Of a stretch of 64,000 nucleotides of DNA, positions 44,954 to 53,678 are shown piece by piece; the first letter of the stretch is position 1, and each line of letters opens with the position of its first letter. Source of the stretch: Chloroflexota bacterium (GTDB taxonomy: Bacteria > Chloroflexota > Limnocylindria > Limnocylindrales > CSP1-4); assembly GCA_003169735.1 (NCBI GenBank), contig PNAP01000047.1, positions 9,223 to 73,222 on the forward strand. Reading direction: 5' to 3'. A program made the translations under genes and the position numbers. Under the pieces are notes generated by a model, which worked only from the letters and a program-made list of their open reading frames with translations, was not told the origin of the DNA and ran no database searches.

Positions 44954-46750
44954 GTGATCGACGAGGTTGATCGCAGCCAAGCGCGGCGCGTTCGGAACGG
45001 TCGCTGGCTGCTTGTCCTCGTCGCCGGCGTCGCCGTCGGGCTTGTTGTCCTCGTCGTGCTGAGTCTGGGCGGCTCCCTGCACCCGCTCACGCCAGGTCCA
45101 TCGACCGCGGTCGGACCATCACCGACCACCGGGTCATCGGCCAGTCCGAGCCCGACGACCGCGTCGCTGCCGATCGATTCGGCTCTGCCATCGCCATCGT
45201 CAGCGCCGCCGATCGGCAGTCCGCAGCCGAGTCCTTCGACCGAGCCGGCCGACGGCATCCCAGCTACCTGGCTCGGCACTGCGGTCCTTCGCGGCCCGGC
45301 GTTGCGGGACTCGATGGCCGCGATGACCGACGACACCGCCGGGTTCGCCGGCGGTTACCTCCGCTACCTGACCCGCGACTGCGTGATCAGCCCGACCCCG
45401 TTCCCGGCGACGCACCTCGTGCAGGCCTGCGATGACGGCTGGACGCTCGCGGATGCGCCCGGGGACGACTCCGGCATCCCGGTCGCGATCCTTGCGCCGG
45501 AGGCGGGTTCGTGGCCGCTCGGTGTGGCGATGATCGTCAGTGTCCACACCCACGATGCGTCCGCTGCGACGTGCCCGGCATCCATCGCTTCCCGGTGCGA
45601 CAGTGCGATCGTCCTTGACCGGATCGTGTGGTCAGCAGATCCGTCGAACCCGACAGGGTCACCGACTCCATCCCCGACCATCCCGCCGGCCGATCCGCCG
45701 CACCAGGAGGGCCGGTGGACGCGGGTCGGCGGCAACGCCATCGATCGCTTCGGTGGGTTCTTCCAGCTCTGGCCGACCGATGGCGCGCTGTTCGCTACGG
45801 CGGTCGAGGGCGAGTCCGACGACGGCGGCGCGATCATGACCGTCCTCTCGACCGAGGACGGCGTTCGGTGGCACGTCATGGGCCGCATCCAGCAGAGCGC
45901 GGACTACCTCACGTCGTTCATCCGTTTCCAGGGTCACTTCGTGGCGGTCAGCGAGGCCGAGGACCGCGCTCAGGTCTGGTACTCGGACGACGGCGCGGAC
46001 TGGACGTGGGTCGGCGACCAACCCGCGTTCGTTTTCGATGCCGACGGTGGGTCATCTGAGCCACCGCATACCGAACTGCAGATCTCCAGGGTCTTCGCGG
46101 TCGCCGATCACCTCGAGATCGTGGGCAGGTTGCACTGTTATTGCGGACCACCCGGCGAGCGGATGGCGATCTGGACGTCGCCCACCGGCTCCACGTGGGA
46201 TCGGGTCCCGGCCGCACGACTCCAAGGTCTTCCGGAGCTGTACCCGACCTGGGTCGACCAAGGCCTGATCCTTGCCAGCGCCTCGTACGACCAGACGTAC
46301 ACCTCGACCGACGGCATCGCGTGGACACGGCTCCGCGGCATCCCGCACGCCTCCATCTTCCCCACGCGCCTCGGCTATTTCGCCGTCCAGCAATACCGCG
46401 GCGCGGAGAGCAAGCAATGGGTGTCGCCCGACCTGAAGCACTGGACGCGGGTGGGCGATATCGAGACCGGCGTTCCCGAGACTGATCAGAGCTACGGGTA
46501 CGCGGCCGGGTTCCGGATCGCGACCGGCGGGATCATCGTGGCCGTCTCCGGTGACGAGACGAAGCAGATCATCGTCTCGTGGTCAGCCGATGGGCGGACC
46601 TGGCGCCACGAGATCATCCACGAGCGGTACCCCACGCACGTGCAGGACATCGCCGTCATGGGCCATCACGTCGTTCTTTCGGGAGAGGTCGACCGGAACG
46701 CCGACCACTCGCAGCAGGTCCTCTGGGTAGCAGATCTGCCGACGCCCTAG
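44954..46750 (+). CDS. membrane-anchored protein with Ser/Pro linker and Asp-box (BNR-like) repeat domain
   Basis: N-terminal TM is WLLVLVAGVAVGLVVLVVLSL. Repeated SxDxGxxW-like motifs: STEDGVRW, SDDGADW, TSPTGSTW, STDGIAW, SPDLKHW, SADGRTW. Confidence 0.6.
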   Translation: MIDEVDRSQARRVRNGRWLLVLVAGVAVGLVVLVVLSLGGSLHPLTPGPSTAVGPSPTTGSSASPSPTTASLPIDSALPSPSSAPPIGSPQPSPSTEPADGIPATWLGTAVLRGPALRDSMAAMTDDTAGFAGGYLRYLTRDCVISPTPFPATHLVQACDDGWTLADAPGDDSGIPVAILAPEAGSWPLGVAMIVSVHTHDASAATCPASIASRCDSAIVLDRIVWSADPSNPTGSPTPSPTIPPADPPHQEGRWTRVGGNAIDRFGGFFQLWPTDGALFATAVEGESDDGGAIMTVLSTEDGVRWHVMGRIQQSADYLTSFIRFQGHFVAVSEAEDRAQVWYSDDGADWTWVGDQPAFVFDADGGSSEPPHTELQISRVFAVADHLEIVGRLHCYCGPPGERMAIWTSPTGSTWDRVPAARLQGLPELYPTWVDQGLILASASYDQTYTSTDGIAWTRLRGIPHASIFPTRLGYFAVQQYRGAESKQWVSPDLKHWTRVGDIETGVPETDQSYGYAAGFRIATGGIIVAVSGDETKQIIVSWSADGRTWRHEIIHERYPTHVQDIAVMGHHVVLSGEVDRNADHSQQVLWVADLPTP

Positions 46751-46759
46751 TCGCGGACG

Positions 46760-46978
46760 CTATGCCCGGAGCGTCGGGATCGCCAGGACGACCGCGATCG
46801 CGACACCGACGAGGATGCCGAGTGCGCTGATCCCCCAGGCACGCCAATCGATGGGGCCGAGCGGTACGGCCTGATCGCCGTGATGATCGGCCTCATCCGA
46901 GTGGCCCGCGTCGTGGTCGTGGTCGTGGCCGCCGCCGACGTGATGGGCATCGGCCGCATGGATCTCTTCATCCGTCAC
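46760..46978 (-). CDS. His/Asp-rich small tail-anchored membrane protein
   Basis: GTG at 46978 overlaps the upstream stop (GTGA), with GGAG 7 nt upstream. 72 aa: VTDEEIHAADAHHVGGGHDHDHDAGHSDEADHHGDQ... followed by one C-terminal TM. Confidence 0.5.
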   Translation of the reverse strand: MTDEEIHAADAHHVGGGHDHDHDAGHSDEADHHGDQAVPLGPIDWRAWGISALGILVGVAIAVVLAIPTLRA

Positions 46979-47979
46979 GGGAGCAGCTCCTGTGTCACCA
47001 GTTGGTCGACCGTCACCGGCTTCGCGACGACAGTATCGGGCAGACCGCTCATGAAATCGACCGACTTCTGCCACGCGGTCGGGTCGATCGCCCCGAGGCC
47101 GTGCGCGTCGGTATAGGCGCTGGTCCACTGGGCGATGGTGGCGTTGAGGATGGCAAGCTGCGTCGTCTTGTCCTGGGCGAGCTCGGGCACGACCGCGATC
47201 GCGGCGTCAAGGCCCGCTTGCGGGTCAGTGATGATGTCCTTCATGGCATGAAGCGTCGCCGCCACGAAAGCCCGGAGGGCGTCTTTCTTCGCCGCCAGCG
47301 TGCTTGTCCCGACCACGAGGCCGGGTCCGGGCAACGGCGTGCTGGAATCGACGGTCAGGACGGTCACCGGATCACCGGCCAGTTGCATCTGCACCGGCTC
47401 GTTATTGGCGAAGCCGGTGGCCGAGTCGACCTGGCCCTGCTCGACGGCCACGAGCTGGCCGTAGTCGGGGTATGTAGAGATCGATAGATCAGATGTGGTG
47501 AGGCCGGCCGAGGCCAGCAGCGCCTCGAGCATGATCCAGCTGCTGCCCTCCTTGGCCGGGATACCCAGGGTCTTGCCGGCCAAGCCGGCCGCAGTCGTGA
47601 TGCCACTCGACGTCTTGGCGAAGACGACGCTCGGGAACTTGGCGTAGACCGTACCGGCATAGACGATGGGGATGCCCTGGCTGACGGCTGGGATGACGCT
47701 CGTGCCGTCGCTCAGGCCGATGTCGAGCGCACCGCTGCCGATGAGCGTCACCAGCTGCGCGTCGTCGCCGTTCTGAAAGGTTACGTCGAGGCCGGCATTC
47801 CGGTAGTAGCCCATCTGATCGGCCAGGTAGAACGGCGCGAACTGAACGCTAGGGATGTAGCCAAGGCCGACCTTCAGCGGGGTGGCTGGAGGCGTGGGTT
47901 GCGCGTTCCCGGTGCCGTTGCAACTGCATGCGACCAAAAGGATGAGGATGCCCGTAACGACATCGATCGACCGACGCAC
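46975..47979 (-). CDS. ABC transporter substrate-binding lipoprotein, NMT1/THI5 (SsuA/ThiY-like) family
   Basis: Lipobox ILLVAC, then LKVGLGYIPSVQFAPFYLADQMGYYRNAGLDVTF. Confidence 0.8.
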   Translation of the reverse strand: MRRSIDVVTGILILLVACSCNGTGNAQPTPPATPLKVGLGYIPSVQFAPFYLADQMGYYRNAGLDVTFQNGDDAQLVTLIGSGALDIGLSDGTSVIPAVSQGIPIVYAGTVYAKFPSVVFAKTSSGITTAAGLAGKTLGIPAKEGSSWIMLEALLASAGLTTSDLSISTYPDYGQLVAVEQGQVDSATGFANNEPVQMQLAGDPVTVLTVDSSTPLPGPGLVVGTSTLAAKKDALRAFVAATLHAMKDIITDPQAGLDAAIAVVPELAQDKTTQLAILNATIAQWTSAYTDAHGLGAIDPTAWQKSVDFMSGLPDTVVAKPVTVDQLVTQELLP

Positions 47980-48002
47980 TCAGACCTCCCGGTGATGATT
48001 CG

Positions 48003-48755
48003 TCACCGGGCGCCGACCAGCCGGCGTTCGATGAGTACGACGACGAGATACAGCGACACGCCGATGAGCGCGATGGTCAGCAGCGTGGCGAACATGAGCG
48101 GGATGTCGAAGAGGCTGCCTCGGGCGAGGTTGATGAGCACGCCGAGCCCGCTGTCGGCGCCGGCCCATTCGCCGACGATGGCACCGATGACCGCGAGCGT
48201 GACGCCGACGCGCATGCCGCCGAGGATCTGCGGCAGCGCCGCCGAGATCTCCAGCTTCGCCATGATCTGCCAGCGCGTGGCCCGCAGGCTTCGGCCCAAC
48301 TCCAGCAGCCCGCGGTCCACCGATCGGATGCCGACCATCGTCGAGACCGCGACCGGGAAGAAGACGATGAGCGCGCAGATGAGGACCTTGCCGGTGAGGC
48401 CCGTCCCGAACCACAGCGCGATGAGTGGCGCCAGCGCCAGGATCGGCGTCGCCTGGGCCGCCACGAGATACGGCGAGAGGAGCCGCTCCGCCAGTCGCGA
48501 GCGCGCCAGCAGATACCCGACGACGAGCGCCAGCGCGGCCCCGACCCCGAAACCGATGAGCACCTCGCTCAGCGTTGTGATGGTATGCGGCGTCATGATC
48601 CCGTCCGCCCATGCCCGCACGAATCGGCTCGCGACCACCTCCGGAGCCGGCAGGATGAAGACTGGATAGTTGCCCACAACAACGATTAGCTTCCAGACGA
48701 CGACGAAGAGCACGGCGGCAGCGGCGATAGGCAGTACCGCCTGCAACCGCTTCAT
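48003..48755 (-). CDS. ABC transporter permease (SsuC/TauC-like)
   Basis: 250 aa with 6 TM segments and EAA-like loop ELGRSLRATRWQIMAKLEISAALPQILGGM. The ATG at 48755 overlaps the ATPase stop (ATGA). Confidence 0.85.
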   Translation of the reverse strand: MKRLQAVLPIAAAAVLFVVVWKLIVVVGNYPVFILPAPEVVASRFVRAWADGIMTPHTITTLSEVLIGFGVGAALALVVGYLLARSRLAERLLSPYLVAAQATPILALAPLIALWFGTGLTGKVLICALIVFFPVAVSTMVGIRSVDRGLLELGRSLRATRWQIMAKLEISAALPQILGGMRVGVTLAVIGAIVGEWAGADSGLGVLINLARGSLFDIPLMFATLLTIALIGVSLYLVVVLIERRLVGAR

Positions 48756-49465
48756 GCGACCGCCCTCGGCGGCGCGTCGGCGTCGTCGGTTGCGGCGAGG
48801 TGGGCGCGGACCGCCTCCGCGACCTCTGAGAAGGCGGCGGCAGTCGACATCGAGATGTCGCGAGGGCGCGGGACGTCGACCGGGACCTCCGCCACGACAT
48901 GGCCGGGTCGCGGTGACAGCACCACGACCTTGTCGGCAACGAACGTGGCCTCGGCGATGTCGTGGGTCACCAGCACGATGGTCGTTCCGGTCTCCTGCCA
49001 CAGTCGCTGCAGCTCAAGATCGAGGCGCTCCCGGGTCAGCGCATCGAGCGCGCTGAACGGCTCATCGAGCAGCAGCACCGACGGGCCGCGCACGAGGGCG
49101 CGCGCTACCGCCGCTCGCTGTCGCATCCCACCGGACAGCTGGTGGGGTCGGGCCCGTTCGAAACCACCCAGGCCGACCAGCGCGATCGATTCCCGGGCAC
49201 GCGCCACGCGCTCGGGCCGCGGCACGCCCGCCAGCTCGAGCGGGAACGCCACGTTGTCGAGCACATCGCGCCATGGCAGCAGACGTGGCTCCTGGAAACA
49301 GAACCCGATCCGAGCGTCCGCACCCTCCACCGGGCGTCCATCGATGCGGATCTCACCCGCGTCCGGCGTGAGCAGCCCGCCGATCAGCCGCAGCAGCGTG
49401 CTCTTGCCGGACCCGTTCGGGCCGACGATGGCGACGATCGACCGCGCCGGCACGCGGAGGCTCAC
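48752..49465 (-). CDS. ABC transporter ATP-binding protein (SsuB/TauB-like); true start probably further upstream
   Basis: Walker A GPNGSGKST, signature LSGGMRQR and Walker B LLLDEP. Homology continues upstream of the GTG at 49465 (see findings). Confidence 0.85.
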   Translation of the reverse strand: MSLRVPARSIVAIVGPNGSGKSTLLRLIGGLLTPDAGEIRIDGRPVEGADARIGFCFQEPRLLPWRDVLDNVAFPLELAGVPRPERVARARESIALVGLGGFERARPHQLSGGMRQRAAVARALVRGPSVLLLDEPFSALDALTRERLDLELQRLWQETGTTIVLVTHDIAEATFVADKVVVLSPRPGHVVAEVPVDVPRPRDISMSTAAAFSEVAEAVRAHLAATDDADAPPRAVA

Positions 49466-49866
49466 GCCCTCCAGAGCGGTGACCCGCTCCCCGGCGATGA
49501 TGAAGCTCCGCGAGATGCCGTCGATCTCGATGGCGTCCAGGTTCGTCCGATCCTTCCCTACTCGCCCGAGTTCGGAGGCAGGGAGGCGGCTGGCGAGGAC
49601 GGCGACGACGGTGCTGCCGACGGGACGGCCGAGGCCGAACGGACGGACGCACGCCGACTGCGTACGCGCCTCGTTTCTCCCATCCGGACTGTGACCGTCG
49701 GCTCCCTGCGAGGGGATCCACCGTCATCCGCTCGACTTTCGCCGCTCGAACGCCGGGTCGTGGGCTGGCGGGACAGGACTGGCGTCCTGCTCGCCGACCA
49801 CCGGTCGGGACTTGCACCCAACCCCGAAACAGAGGCGTATGTGTGATGTGCCTGCATCATAGCGCC

Positions 49867-50523
49867 ATGCTCACCATCGTCCTGACACGCCATGGCCACA
49901 CCGACCACTCCGATCCGGACCAGTACACCGGCCAGAACATCGAGGCGCACCTGACCGAGGCCGGACGCGCCGGAGCCATGGCGCTGGGTGAACGCCTGGC
50001 CGGCGTCTCGTTCGACCGGGTCGTCTCGAGCCCATTGGAGCGGGCGGTCGAAACGGCCCGACTGGTCGAGCCTGCCGCCCACATCGAGACGGACGACCGA
50101 CTGAAGGAAGCCGCCTACGGTGATTGGGAGGGCTGCACCATCACCGAGGTCGAGGAGCGTTGGCCGAAGGAGCGCGCCATCTGGGAAGCGGATCCGGCGG
50201 CCACCAGGATGCCCGGCGGTGAGAGCGGCGACGATGTGGCGCGCCGAGTTCGGTCATTCCTCGACGAGCTCACGGCGTGGGAGTCGGGGCGGGCGAACCC
50301 GAACGACGACCATCGCCTCCTCGTCGTCGGGCACTCGACGCTCAACCGGGTGCTGCTCGCGGTGGCGCTGGAGGTGCCGCTGCGCGACTTCCGCCGCCGC
50401 TTCCGGCAGGACTGGGTCAATCTCACCGTCCTGCGCTACGGACCGCCAGGCGACGGGCCGATGCTGCTCCTCGGCAATGACCTGGCGCACGTCAACGGCA
50501 TCCGAGGGTCGACCTGGGACTGA
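49867..50523 (+). CDS. histidine phosphatase family protein (phosphoglycerate mutase-like)
   Basis: N-terminal RHG motif LTRHGHTD plus a later VVGHSTLNR. Confidence 0.85.
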   Translation: MLTIVLTRHGHTDHSDPDQYTGQNIEAHLTEAGRAGAMALGERLAGVSFDRVVSSPLERAVETARLVEPAAHIETDDRLKEAAYGDWEGCTITEVEERWPKERAIWEADPAATRMPGGESGDDVARRVRSFLDELTAWESGRANPNDDHRLLVVGHSTLNRVLLAVALEVPLRDFRRRFRQDWVNLTVLRYGPPGDGPMLLLGNDLAHVNGIRGSTWD

Positions 50524-50579
50524 CCCGCGGGGCCGCCCGCGTCGGCGGGCTGCTCGTCCTCATCGTCCTTGCCCTGGCC

Positions 50580-51248
50580 GTGGTGCTCGGCCTCTGGTTG
50601 CTGCTGCGTCCGCAGCCGGCGCCGTTGCCGGACCGCGCGGGGCTGGGCTCGGACATGTCCATGGACGAGTTCAAGATCGGCATCGGCTGCGTCGAGTCGA
50701 AGGGCGACTACGAGGCATTCAATGCCGGCACCAGCGCCTCCGGCAAGTACCAGATCCTGCCGGGCAACTGGAGTGCCTGGGCCGGTCGGATCCTCGATGA
50801 CCCTAACGCGGCACAGACGCCGGCCAACCAGGAGCAGGTGGCGACGAAGCGTTTCAATGAGCTGCGCCGCTCGCTCGACGGTGACTTCGCGCGGGTTGCC
50901 TACTGGTGGCTGACCGGCGGGGAGGATCCTGACCGCAGCACCTGGTCGGCGTTCGCCACGTCCTACGTGGACCGGACGATGGCCTTCGCCGAGGCAGCCG
51001 AGTCCGAGGTCGGGACCGAGACGATCCCCGTCTCGTGCTTCAGCACGCCGGACGACCTGCACCCGGCTGAGCGACCGAGCTTCCCGCCACCCATCGACGC
51101 GCCGGAGCCATCGGCAAGTCCGGAGCCGTCCGCAAGCCCAGGTGGGTCGCCGAGCCCGAGCGATTCGGTAGGCCCGCGATCGTCGGCAAGCCCAGGTCCC
51201 TCGGCCCGACCAAGCGCATCGCATTCGCCGAGACCGAGCCACCGCTGA
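50580..51248 (+). CDS. secreted transglycosylase-like protein with Ser/Pro-rich tail
   Basis: CVESKGDYEAFNAGTSASGKYQILPGNW resembles the catalytic Glu region of lytic transglycosylase/SLT-like domains. The N-terminal signal anchor may extend to 50514/50520 (see findings). Confidence 0.55.
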   Translation: MVLGLWLLLRPQPAPLPDRAGLGSDMSMDEFKIGIGCVESKGDYEAFNAGTSASGKYQILPGNWSAWAGRILDDPNAAQTPANQEQVATKRFNELRRSLDGDFARVAYWWLTGGEDPDRSTWSAFATSYVDRTMAFAEAAESEVGTETIPVSCFSTPDDLHPAERPSFPPPIDAPEPSASPEPSASPGGSPSPSDSVGPRSSASPGPSARPSASHSPRPSHR

Positions 51249-51270
51249 ACGCGCGGGCTATGCTCCGGCG

Positions 51271-52821
51271 GTGCTGCACCTGACCGGCCACGATCTGACG
51301 CCCGAGGACGTGGAAGCGGTGGCGAGACATGGCGCGGCGGCTGACCTCGACCCGGCGGCTCGGACGCGCATGGCGGTCAGCCGTGCGACCATCGAGCGGC
51401 TCGCCGCTGCCGATGAGCCGGTCTACGGCGTCACCACCGGCTTCGGTGATCTGGCCAACGTGCGCATCGCTCCGGCCGATGTGCGACGCCTCCAGGAGAA
51501 CCTGGTCATCAGCCATGCGGTCGGGGTCGGCGCCGCGCACGACCGCGAAACGGTCCGAGCGATGCTCCTGCTGCGTGCCAACACGCTCGCCCGTGGCCAG
51601 AGCGGCTGCCGGCCGGAACTCGTCGACCGTCTGCTGGACTTCCTCCGCCTCGGCGTCCATCCGGTCGTGCCCGAGAAAGGCTCCGTTGGTGCCTCGGGCG
51701 ATCTGGCGCCGCTCGCCCACCTGGCGCTGCCACTCATCGGCCGCGGCCGCGCCGAGGTCGGCGGGGAGGAACTGACCGGTGCCGCGGCGCTCGAGCGCGT
51801 CGGGCTCGCGCCACTCGTCCTGGAAGCGAAGGAGGGGCTGGCGCTCCTCAACGGCACGCAACAGATGACCGCCGTCGGGACGCTCGCCCTGATCGATGCC
51901 GAGCGCCTGGCGGGGACCGCCAGCGTCGTGGCGGCGATGAGCACCGAAGCGCTGCTCGGCACGGACGTGGCGTTCGCGGCGATGTATCAGGCCGCGCGGC
52001 CGCACCCCGGCCAGCGCCGGACCGCCGCCGAGTTGCGCTACCTTCTGCGCGATTCGCAGCTCCAGGCGGGGCATCATGGTTCGGCGCACCGCGTACAGGA
52101 TCCCTATTCGGTGCGCTGCGTGCCGCAGGTCCACGGCGCCAGCCGCGACGCTCTGGCGTACACCCGCGGCGTCCTCCAGATCGAGCTGAACAGCGCGACG
52201 GACAACCCGCTCGTCTTCCCGGATGGCTCGGACGCGGATCCCACTGCACTGGCGACCGCTGGCGGCACGGTCATCTCCGGCGGCAATTTCCATGGCCAAC
52301 CGGTGGCGCTGGCGATGGACTTCGCGAAGCTCGCCATCGCCGAGCTGGGCTCCATCTCGGAGCGGCGGACCGCGTTGCTGCTCGACCATCGCCTGTCGGG
52401 GCTGCCGTCATTCCTGACTGCCGAGGCCGGCCTCCACAGCGGCTTCATGCTCCTCCAGTACACCGCCGCCGCGCTCGTCTCGGAGAACAAGGTGCTGGTC
52501 CACCCGGCCTCCGCCGATTCGATCCCCACCAGCGCGAACCAGGAGGATCACGTCTCGATGGGCTCGATCGCCGCTCGTCACGCGCGGGACGTACTGCGGA
52601 ACGTGGAGACCGTGGTCGCGCTCGAGTTGCTCTGCGCCGGCCAGAGCCTCGACTTCCGGACCGCCGACGGCCAGCGCCCCGGCGTCGGTGTGGCCGAGGC
52701 GCATCGCCGGCTGCGGGAACGCGTCGCCCACCTGACGAGCGATCGGGACCCCGGCCGCGACATCGCCGCGGCGCTCGACCTCGTCCGCTCCGGGTCCATG
52801 CTCGACCTCCTGCCCGCCTGA
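51271..52821 (+). CDS. hutH: histidine ammonia-lyase
   Basis: MIO-forming motif GSVGASGDLAPLAH, at full length (516 aa). Confidence 0.95.
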   Translation: MLHLTGHDLTPEDVEAVARHGAAADLDPAARTRMAVSRATIERLAAADEPVYGVTTGFGDLANVRIAPADVRRLQENLVISHAVGVGAAHDRETVRAMLLLRANTLARGQSGCRPELVDRLLDFLRLGVHPVVPEKGSVGASGDLAPLAHLALPLIGRGRAEVGGEELTGAAALERVGLAPLVLEAKEGLALLNGTQQMTAVGTLALIDAERLAGTASVVAAMSTEALLGTDVAFAAMYQAARPHPGQRRTAAELRYLLRDSQLQAGHHGSAHRVQDPYSVRCVPQVHGASRDALAYTRGVLQIELNSATDNPLVFPDGSDADPTALATAGGTVISGGNFHGQPVALAMDFAKLAIAELGSISERRTALLLDHRLSGLPSFLTAEAGLHSGFMLLQYTAAALVSENKVLVHPASADSIPTSANQEDHVSMGSIAARHARDVLRNVETVVALELLCAGQSLDFRTADGQRPGVGVAEAHRRLRERVAHLTSDRDPGRDIAAALDLVRSGSMLDLLPA

Positions 52822-52825
52822 CGTC

Positions 52826-53632
52826 GTGGTACGCGCGCTCGTCCTGCTCCTCGGTCTCGTGCTCGTCGCGGGCGGAGCGGTCTTCGTCGCCCAGGGTGGC
52901 CTCGGCGGGCCGACATCGACCCCGTCAGCTTCGCCAAGCCCGACCGCCTCGCCCTCGCCAAGCCCGACCGCCAGTCCGAGCCCGAGCCCCAGTCCTAGCC
53001 CGAGTCCGAGCCCGAGCCCCATTTCGAGCTCAAGCTCCAGCCCAAGCCCGAGTCCCAGCCCGACGCCGGTCCCGACCCCGACCATCTTCACCAGCCCCGA
53101 CGGCTACACGATGACGTTCCCCGGGCCCTGGGGCACGCTTGCGCTTCAGGGGACGGACGTGACGCCGCTCCTGGCGCTGCTCGGGTCGGACCAGCCGGCG
53201 GTCGCCAACGTCGTGCGCAGCTACCTCGGCACGTCGGGGGCGCGGGTCAGCATGGTCGGCGTCGACCATGATCCGGCGGTCGCCGGAGGCGCCATCCCGC
53301 CCAACGCCAACGTGCTGATCCAGCCCTCGTTGTCGCTGCCGCTCGACTTCGTGGCCGGGATCGTGCAGCCGGTCATCGGCCAGCTGCCCGGCGTGGTCGG
53401 CGCCGTGACGCGCGAGAATGTGACGCTCCCCGGCGGCGAATCGCGGCGCTTCACCTTCCAGATCAGCGCCACCGGCGCCGACGGCACGGTCAGCACGGCG
53501 ACGCTCCAAACGTACCTCCTGACGCACGGCCCCAACGCGTACCTGATCACCTTCGTGACGCTTGCCGATGAGGCCGGCCGCGACGACCCCATCTTCGACT
53601 CGATCATCGGCACCTTCGCCTTCACGCCCTGA
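52826..53632 (+). CDS. secreted/anchored protein with (SPSP)n linker, function unknown
   Basis: N-terminal hydrophobic anchor LVLLLGLVLVAGGAVFVA, then ~55 aa of SPSPTA/SPSPSP repeats, then a globular C-terminal domain with no recognised motif. Confidence 0.55.
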   Translation: MVRALVLLLGLVLVAGGAVFVAQGGLGGPTSTPSASPSPTASPSPSPTASPSPSPSPSPSPSPSPISSSSSSPSPSPSPTPVPTPTIFTSPDGYTMTFPGPWGTLALQGTDVTPLLALLGSDQPAVANVVRSYLGTSGARVSMVGVDHDPAVAGGAIPPNANVLIQPSLSLPLDFVAGIVQPVIGQLPGVVGAVTRENVTLPGGESRRFTFQISATGADGTVSTATLQTYLLTHGPNAYLITFVTLADEAGRDDPIFDSIIGTFAFTP

Positions 53633-53678
53633 TCGACCCGGGCTGTTCGGGGTTGGCGGCCGCGCGTACACTCGCTGG

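Noticed and set aside
49755-49815. ZTP (pfl-motif)-like string on the plus strand: GGGTCGTGGGCTGGCG ... ACCACCGGTCGGGA.
   Set aside because: I could not find the obligatory 3' CCGCCTGGGC pseudoknot partner. The downstream gene (a histidine phosphatase) is not a typical ZTP-regulated purine or folate gene. An Infernal scan with RF01750 would settle it.
49530-49866. TPP (THI-box) riboswitch upstream of the NMT1/THI5-type ABC operon. The 3' end ...CGAGTAGGGAAGGA resembles the GCGTAGGGAA tail.
   Set aside because: The invariant CTGAGA element and the ACCTGATCCGG-type helix are absent on the minus strand. The similarity is limited to the purine-rich ribosome-binding region.
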